Shown here: in pieces, positions 25,799-31,443 of the stretch
Layout of the letters: each line of letters opens with the position of its first letter
Position numbering within the stretch: the stretch's first letter is position 1
Program-made: the position numbers and the translations under genes
Assembly (NCBI GenBank): GCA_030706455.1
Contig: JAUZOL010000021.1
Span: 1-31,443, forward strand
Direction: 5' to 3'
DNA: 31,443 bases
Source: Bacteroidota bacterium
GTDB lineage: Bacteria; Bacteroidota; Bacteroidia; Bacteroidales; Paludibacteraceae
Notes under the pieces: model-generated
The model's input: only the letters and a program-made list of their open reading frames with translations
What the model was told of the DNA's origin: nothing
Database searches by the model: none

Positions 25799-26393
25799 AT
25801 TAGGGGTAGAAAACGCATAGAAGTATTACGATGTTATTTATCTCATATTTAGATCGCTCAATTTATCTTTAATCTGTTGTATTACGAGGTTTACGTCCTT
25901 TAGTACTTCTTCATTGGTAAATCGAATCACTGTAAGACATAGGCGTTCGAGTTCGGCTGTACGTCCGTCATCATAATCCGATTGTGAGACATGAATTTCT
26001 CCATCCACTTCTACAACCAATTTTGCCCGATGACAATAAAAGTCGGCAATAAAAATATCGATCGGATGTTGAGCTTTGAAACGAACTCCAAGTTGATTGC
26101 ATCTGAGTCTTTCCCAAAGCACTTTTTCCGCAGGCGTCATGTTCTCGCGCAGCTCTTTTGCCCTTGCAAAAATAACTGGCTGAGCATTATAATACATGGT
26201 GTGTTGTACTGTGTCCTTTTGAAGCATTGATGATCTGTTTTATTTACCCCAAACCCCTGAAGGGGCTTTAGTCGGCATGTTGTGACTTTTTTCTCTCATT
26301 GGGCAAATTTGCTTTGTGACTCGTCCTGAAAAATGTTTGCTAATCTTCCTGTTTTCACTACCGCAAAGTCTCCTTAAGGGGATTAGGGGTAGA
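25799..26393. repeat. 12-nt perfect direct repeat ATTAGGGGTAGA flanking the DUF559 gene
   Basis: The copies are at 25799-25810 and 26382-26393, read directly. The DUF559 ORF (25838-26227) lies between them. Confidence 0.7.
25838..26227 (-). CDS. DUF559 endonuclease-domain protein (Vsr/restriction-endonuclease-like fold)
   Basis: ARAKELRENMTPAEKVLWERLRCNQLGVRFKAQHPIDIFIADFYCHRAKLVVEVDGEIH......D..R...L...G..V.RF.N.EV, the classic DUF559 pattern. Confidence 0.85.
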   Translation of the reverse strand: MLQKDTVQHTMYYNAQPVIFARAKELRENMTPAEKVLWERLRCNQLGVRFKAQHPIDIFIADFYCHRAKLVVEVDGEIHVSQSDYDDGRTAELERLCLTVIRFTNEEVLKDVNLVIQQIKDKLSDLNMR

Positions 26394-26570
26394 TCTTTGT
26401 CTTTGCCGTTCAGCTCCGGCACAGATCAGGAGATCTGCGCCAGCCTGCGAATCAATTCGATAAATTTAACCGCTTGTCAGGTTTATAACCAACATTGCAC
26501 TATCCCGCTCCAAATTTAGAAAATTATATTCACACAAATATTTGCTTAGTGAATCCCAGACGACTTTATG

Positions 26571-26601
26571 AAAAAAACGCCGATTCCTCACGGAACCGGC
26601 G
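26571..26601 (-). terminator. Rho-independent terminator of the OM beta-barrel gene
   Basis: The minus strand reads CGCCG-g-TTCC gtga GGAA-t-CGGCG followed by TTTTTTT (the complement of the A-run at 26571-77). It starts 25 nt after the stop at 26626. Confidence 0.75.
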
Positions 26602-26625
26602 CTCAAAATAAAAGAACAAAGTGAA

Positions 26626-29142
26626 TTATTGCATCGGGTTTTGCCCGGCACTGCTATTCTCTTTTGCTTTCTGATCATCGTTAGAGATCGTAGACTTCGC
26701 TTTCTTTACCTGCGCGTTCATGCTACCGATGCGGTATGATACATTGAAGCGGAATTCAAGCGGTTGTCCGATATGGATGTCGGTGTGCTGATCGAATGTG
26801 GGTGCTCCCGTCTTGCTGTCGGCGCCATGAGTATCCATTGTGATATGTGTTTTAGGTAACCATACAGTGCTCATCGACACATTCAGGCGTTTCTTCATCA
26901 AGTCTTTCGAAAGAGAGAAGAAGCTGTAGTAGAATGCCGACTGACTTCCCTGCAGGTTGATTTGAGGAAGCATTCCGCCGCCGCCCACGCTCATACGTAG
27001 ATCTTTTGGCAGGATAACCGTTCCACCTGCGTACAAACGGCCGGTGAAGCCATCGTTTGCCATGTTAAAGGCTCCACTCTTCATGTTAATGTAGCTGACG
27101 TTTCCGTTCATAAAAAGGGTGAGCCATTTGATGCCGCGATAGTTGCCGAACAGGTTCATGTTCACTTGCTTGTTGTGTCCGATATTGGCATAGGTTATTT
27201 CTTGAACAGTACCACCCTCTGGCAGGAATGTATATTGCTCAATGGCATTGTTCACAAAAGTATAAGTCAGTTCGGCGCTAAGATTGTATTTGGGAGCAAA
27301 ATTACTATATCCCAAAGTGATATTGTGGCTTTTTTCCGGATCGAGGTTCGGATTACCATAACTGATGTAGTTCGGGTCTTTGCGGTCTACGTACGGGTTC
27401 AGGTAGCCGATGCTCGGCCGTTGAATACGCATGTTATATCCGAATTTGAGGCTTTGCATGTCCGATAATTTGTAAGTCACAATTGCCGAGGGCACTACCA
27501 CTCCGTAATCGGTTGTGAAGTTTCTGTCGGCTTTATCGAATTCAGCCTTCAGCCAGGTATATTCATACCGAACACCGCTCTTGAATCCCCATTTTCCAAC
27601 GTTGCCGGCATAGCTTGCATACACACCCAGAATATCCTGATTGTTTTTGAAATTAGTGATACTGTCGGACGAAATATACGGTGTATAAGGATACGGTTGT
27701 AAAACATTAAAGAAAGTGTACGACTCATCACTTTTACTGTCGTTCAGACGTATAATATATTTTGTTCCCAATTCCAGAGTATGTCCTTTCGCCAGAGGGG
27801 TGGTGTAATCGGCCTGAAAAGTATGTTCGTTCGATTTTGCATCATTTTTACTTGTGCTTGACTGGAACAATCCGGGTTGAGGTGAGCTGTGATAAGTCGA
27901 GCTGATAAGATTCTGGGCTACGTAATTGCTATTATTCGGTGTGTTACTCAGTTTATACGATAAGGTAAACTGTTCTCCTTTTTTCTTAAATGAGTGCTGG
28001 TAGTCAAGCCCAATATCAGTAGAACCCCAGGTCTGTTTTTGAGAGCTTTCCTGTTGATAGGAAAACAACGGATTCATATTCTTTTCATAATTATCGGTAA
28101 ACGCAGTTGTTTCGCTCTTTGGAAGACCATAACGACGGTTGTACGATAATGTGAACAGGTTGAGAGTATCCATCTCAAAGCTTAACTGGCCGCTACCGAA
28201 CTGCATTGGAGCTGTCGTTTTTACTGTGGCTACCTGCGCCGCATTAGGGTAGGGCGCTTTGTCAGAATAAGTCTGTCTGTCAGACGTTGTAGTAATCGGA
28301 AACTGTTTGCTGTGATTGTAGTTGTAGTTACCCGAGAAACTGAATTTGCCGCTTTGTACCATCAGGTTAAGTCCTCCTCCATACGAACCACGGGATGAAA
28401 CCTGCGTGTTGATGGTGGCCGAATATCCTTTGGTAGCGGTTTTTTGCATCGTTACAATATTGATAATACCACCTACACCTTCTGCATCATATTTTGCACC
28501 CGGTTGTGTAATCACTTCAATGTTTTTTACCATATTGGCCGGCATGCTCTTCAATATCATACTCGGATTGTTATTGAACATATTTGTAGGCTTTCCGTTG
28601 AGGAAGAACTTGAAGTTGGAAGCTCCTTTTAGCTGAATGTTATCCTGTCCGTCAACAGTTACCATAGGCACTTTGCGCAGTACGTCTAGTACAGTTGATG
28701 TCTTGGTTTCGGGATCTTGTTCCGTATCGTAAGTAATCTTATCGGCTTCGGCCTTAATTAACGGACGTGTAGCCACAATGCTTACTTCTTTGAGCGATTG
28801 TTGGTTATCTGCAAGTTCGATTTTGCCTAATTGGATTATACGGTTGTTGGGGCCAACGCTAAAGGTGCGTTTTGCAGGTTGTTTTCCTACAAAAGATACT
28901 ATAACGATATATTTTCCCGGATTTTTCAATTCTCCGGTAAATTTTCCGTCAATATCGCTGGCGAAACGGGCAACGACCTGTTGCGGTTTGTTTGCCAAAA
29001 CGACGGAGCATGTCACGTACGGCATTGTTTCTGAAGTTATCGAGTCAATTGCCTGTCCTTTTACCTGATACCTGGTAGCTGCAGTCTGAGCGCTCATCAA
29101 GAGCGGAATAAAAAATAAAACTGCAAAGAGGAATTTTTTCAT
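26626..29142 (-). CDS. TonB-dependent-receptor-like outer membrane beta-barrel protein with an N-terminal carboxypeptidase-regulatory-like domain (838 aa)
   Basis: Signal peptide MKKFLFAVLFFIPLLMSAQT. A CarbopepD_reg-like N-domain (VKGQAIDS...DGKFTGEL..PGKYIVIVSFVG). A plug-like segment (TSTVLDVLRKVPMVTVDGQDNIQLKG). A long beta-strand-rich C-terminal region. Confidence 0.85.
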   Translation of the reverse strand: MKKFLFAVLFFIPLLMSAQTAATRYQVKGQAIDSITSETMPYVTCSVVLANKPQQVVARFASDIDGKFTGELKNPGKYIVIVSFVGKQPAKRTFSVGPNNRIIQLGKIELADNQQSLKEVSIVATRPLIKAEADKITYDTEQDPETKTSTVLDVLRKVPMVTVDGQDNIQLKGASNFKFFLNGKPTNMFNNNPSMILKSMPANMVKNIEVITQPGAKYDAEGVGGIINIVTMQKTATKGYSATINTQVSSRGSYGGGLNLMVQSGKFSFSGNYNYNHSKQFPITTTSDRQTYSDKAPYPNAAQVATVKTTAPMQFGSGQLSFEMDTLNLFTLSYNRRYGLPKSETTAFTDNYEKNMNPLFSYQQESSQKQTWGSTDIGLDYQHSFKKKGEQFTLSYKLSNTPNNSNYVAQNLISSTYHSSPQPGLFQSSTSKNDAKSNEHTFQADYTTPLAKGHTLELGTKYIIRLNDSKSDESYTFFNVLQPYPYTPYISSDSITNFKNNQDILGVYASYAGNVGKWGFKSGVRYEYTWLKAEFDKADRNFTTDYGVVVPSAIVTYKLSDMQSLKFGYNMRIQRPSIGYLNPYVDRKDPNYISYGNPNLDPEKSHNITLGYSNFAPKYNLSAELTYTFVNNAIEQYTFLPEGGTVQEITYANIGHNKQVNMNLFGNYRGIKWLTLFMNGNVSYINMKSGAFNMANDGFTGRLYAGGTVILPKDLRMSVGGGGMLPQINLQGSQSAFYYSFFSLSKDLMKKRLNVSMSTVWLPKTHITMDTHGADSKTGAPTFDQHTDIHIGQPLEFRFNVSYRIGSMNAQVKKAKSTISNDDQKAKENSSAGQNPMQ

Positions 29143-29185
29143 TGTTTTGTTTGCCTGAATTAGTTTGTGAGTAAATTTATCGCGT

Positions 29186-29452
29186 TTATTTCGAGTGTTT
29201 TACAACCTTTGTCTTAACTGACACTCCTTTTACATTGTTGCCTTCCAGACTAATGCTTATGCTGTCTTTATCATTGGTTTGTAAACGAATCTCCTTCAAT
29301 CCTTTATTGGCAGGATTCTTTTCAGCTTCGTTTACCAAATGGCGGAAATAGGCATACGCGGCAAAGGGAATGCTGATTAAGAGCAGGAGGATGATAATCA
29401 ATGTGATATTGCTGCGTTTGTTTATGATTTTCATAAGTTTCATAAATTTCAT
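29186..29452 (-). CDS. Hypothetical small single-pass membrane protein
   Basis: MKFMKLMKIINKRSNITLIIILLLLISIPFAAYAYF, with one TM helix. The start is ambiguous (three in-frame Met codons). It sits between the GntR gene and the OM barrel gene. Confidence 0.45.
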   Translation of the reverse strand: MKFMKLMKIINKRSNITLIIILLLLISIPFAAYAYFRHLVNEAEKNPANKGLKEIRLQTNDKDSISISLEGNNVKGVSVKTKVVKHSK

Positions 29453-29487
29453 AAGTTTATTCGGGGAGTACGATGCACCCCCGATGA

Positions 29488-29850
29488 TTATTTTTGTAAA
29501 AACGCTTCATATTGAGATTTTATCTCTTCAAAAGTAATTCCCAATGCTTTCATTGTGCTGAAAATCATTGGCAACTGATGGCTGAAGAACTCTGTGCGGT
29601 TAAGCTTTATAATATTCTGCATAGCGTCTTCTGCTACAAAATATCCGATACCCCGTTTGTTGAAGATAATATCTTCTCCCTGCAAATAATCGTAAGTGCG
29701 CATGACGGTATTCGGATTTACCTGCAAGTCGGCTCCTAATTCCCTTACCGAAGGGATGCGGCCACCTGCGCTCCATTCGTTGCGAAGAATTTTTTCGCAT
29801 ACAAAATCAGCAATTTGCAGGTATATTGGTTTATTATTATCGAATTCCAT
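29488..29850 (-). CDS. GntR family transcriptional regulator, YtrA subfamily (120 aa)
   Basis: KPIYLQIADFVCEKILRNEWSAGGRIPSVRELGADLQVNPNTVMRTYDYLQGEDIIFNKRGIGYFV, a GntR winged HTH with the short YtrA-type C-terminal domain. Confidence 0.9.
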   Translation of the reverse strand: MEFDNNKPIYLQIADFVCEKILRNEWSAGGRIPSVRELGADLQVNPNTVMRTYDYLQGEDIIFNKRGIGYFVAEDAMQNIIKLNRTEFFSHQLPMIFSTMKALGITFEEIKSQYEAFLQK

Positions 29851-29885
29851 TTTTATTTTGGTTAGTTAGTGATGTGGAACGGATT

Positions 29886-30596
29886 TTATAACTCCTGTTC
29901 CTGTAATTTGAAGAACGATACCAGCCATAATCCAAATGGGAAGATGATATGTGCAACAATTTTGATATAGTCAATTAGCCATGAAGTGGTAGACGGTTCT
30001 ATATTTGCCATCTGCACTTCCATGATAAAGCTTTTGAGGTCGAATTGATAAACAAGCAGATTGGTAAGCAATCCGAATGTAACTTGCAAAATGAAAATCG
30101 CACCCAGTGTTTTGAGCCATTTCAGTCTGCGGAACGACATTGTGCCGATCATCGCAATGGCCTGTCCGCCCAAGATCCCGATAAAATAAGCATGCCATTC
30201 GTTTGTTCCGATATGTATGTCAATTGGTCTGCCAAACAGTGCAAATTCAAGCCCCCACAAGATGAGCCAAAGTGTTCCAATAATGAGAGGAACTACAATT
30301 ACATTCTGAAACCAGAATGCAAGCCATTTTTCAAAGTTGGAAGCTGGCAGCATAGAATAATTCACCCCTTTAATCTTGTGGAATACATCGTTATAAAGCA
30401 TAAAGGGTGAAATGATCATCAGAAAAATGCCTAACCCCGCAAAAACGTTGGGGTGAAAGCTGGTACGGTTGATCAAAATGTCTGATGCAGCATAAGCGGC
30501 CGCAAAAATCAGATAAAACAGGTAATGACGGCGAAATGCCACCGTTTCGGCTTTTACAATGCGGAAAAGCCGCTGGATATTAAATGTTTCGTTCAT
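29886..30596 (-). CDS. Hypothetical polytopic membrane protein (probable permease partner of the ABC ATPase)
   Basis: The ATG at 30596 gives MNETFNIQRLFRIVKAETVAFRRHYLFYLIF... The longer track start at 30662 would overlap the ABC gene by 47 nt. About 6 TM segments. Confidence 0.6.
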   Translation of the reverse strand: MNETFNIQRLFRIVKAETVAFRRHYLFYLIFAAAYAASDILINRTSFHPNVFAGLGIFLMIISPFMLYNDVFHKIKGVNYSMLPASNFEKWLAFWFQNVIVVPLIIGTLWLILWGLEFALFGRPIDIHIGTNEWHAYFIGILGGQAIAMIGTMSFRRLKWLKTLGAIFILQVTFGLLTNLLVYQFDLKSFIMEVQMANIEPSTTSWLIDYIKIVAHIIFPFGLWLVSFFKLQEQEL

Positions 30597-30615
30597 GTTC
30601 GTAATGTATTGAAAA

Positions 30616-31443
30616 TTAATTGAACCATTCGGCAAAGCGTGCACGATTGGCAATAGCCGCATTAAACAACAATTCTATGTTTACTTTACTTTCTTCTCCA
30701 TCGGGATTCGGTACTACCACTCCGTAACCTCCCATCATAGGTTCCGAATAGAGTGCATCTTCGGGTATGTATGGTAATACTGCAAATTTCAGTTTGCGTG
30801 TAATCGATTCTACCGATTCGTTTAGCAATACGTTGTTGCGCTCAAGAATTACAATCGGATCAATCAGGAATTCGAGGTCGCGTACCTGATGAGTAGAAAT
30901 GATGATACACTTGTTTTCATCAGCAGCACGTGCTACCACCCGGCGGAAAATTGATTTCGATGGAATGTCGAGGCCATTGGTGGGTTCGTCCAGCAGCAAC
31001 AGCTCAGTGTTACAGGCCAAAGCCAGCGAAATCATAGCTTTCTTCTTTTGTCCGAATGACATCTCGTGCAGTTTCTTTTCGCCATCCACACCAAACTCCT
31101 GCATCAGAGTTGCATAATGGTTGTATTCGAAGTTGGGATAAAAAGGACCGACATTGCGGGCATATTCATCTGCTTTCTGGTGTGTTACCATAAATTCTTC
31201 CGGCAGGTAAAATATCTTTGATAAAAAGCCCGGCTGTCTTTTGCCCGGAGTGTAGTCCATCACTTTGCAATTGCCGTCTTCGGGAAAAAGCAAGCCGGCA
31301 ATGAGACGCAGAAAAGTGGTTTTACCAACGCCATTTTCTCCCAGAAGTCCATATATTTTTCCGGGTTCCAGTTTCATGGTCAAAGAGTCGAATACTTTCG
31401 ATTTTTCTTTGTACCAAAATGACATGTTTTCTATTTCAATCAT
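30616..31443 (-). CDS. ABC transporter ATP-binding protein (275 aa)
   Basis: Walker A GENGVGKTT, signature-like SFGQKKK, Walker B LLLLDEPTNGLD, and H-loop STHQV. The ATG is the complement of 31441-31443, exactly at the window end. Confidence 0.9.
   Translation of the reverse strand: MIEIENMSFWYKEKSKVFDSLTMKLEPGKIYGLLGENGVGKTTFLRLIAGLLFPEDGNCKVMDYTPGKRQPGFLSKIFYLPEEFMVTHQKADEYARNVGPFYPNFEYNHYATLMQEFGVDGEKKLHEMSFGQKKKAMISLALACNTELLLLDEPTNGLDIPSKSIFRRVVARAADENKCIIISTHQVRDLEFLIDPIVILERNNVLLNESVESITRKLKFAVLPYIPEDALYSEPMMGGYGVVVPNPDGEESKVNIELLFNAAIANRARFAEWFN

Noticed and set aside
26240-26422. 60-aa minus-strand ORF (MPELNGKDKDLPLIPLRRL...APSGVWGK) upstream of DUF559
   Set aside because: It is a translation of the G-tract palindromes and repeat copy. 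It shows no start context or family resemblance, so I treated it as non-coding.
1-31443. Search for CRISPR arrays, tRNA/rRNA genes, transposases, integrases and prophage genes
   Set aside because: I saw no regularly spaced repeats, no cloverleaf-compatible intergenic segments and no ORFs with recombinase or transposase motifs. The 69-nt three-way junction at 21414-21482 has only two internal arms and a 10-bp closing stem, so it is not a tRNA.

Overview
The window looks like a Bacteroidota (Bacteroidales-like) chromosomal segment. This is an inference from TAnnTTTG-type -7 boxes 20-40 nt upstream of several starts, from the lipoprotein and outer-membrane-barrel gene families, and from AT-rich spacers.

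Gene content, left to right:
- A partial AlkZ/YcaQ-like winged-helix glycosylase gene and an MgtC-family gene (minus strand).
- An RND tripartite efflux operon, adaptor-pump-outer membrane factor (2276-7977).
- A tightly packed 11-gene arsenic operon (8735-15461): arsR, a small thioredoxin-like gene, an ArsF-like secreted CxxC protein, a CcdA/DsbD-like membrane protein, ArsP, LMW-PTP ArsC, hgcA, hgcB, ArsN2, Acr3 and ArsN1.
- An acyltransferase-3 gene.
- A strongly AT-rich island of about 2.3 kb. It holds a single 649-aa ORF whose C-terminal domain has an HEPN-type R-N-x-x-x-H motif.
- An AraC regulator divergent from a TolC/HlyD/MFS-like efflux operon, which is interrupted by a 364-bp repeat- and hairpin-rich spacer.
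- Small accessory genes: DUF4395, a cupin, and DUF559 flanked by 12-bp direct repeats.
- A minus-strand cluster of ABC ATPase, membrane protein, YtrA-type GntR, small TM protein and OM beta-barrel receptor.

I saw no rRNA, tRNA, CRISPR array, transposase or integrase.

The two most notable observations are (1) the mercury-methylation pair hgcAB translationally coupled inside an arsenic-resistance operon, and (2) the AT-rich single-gene HEPN island, a candidate defence locus.

The supplied ORF track uses the longest possible starts, including TTG and GTG. I moved several starts to internal ATG codons where a signal peptide, a neighbouring gene or a hairpin argued for it.
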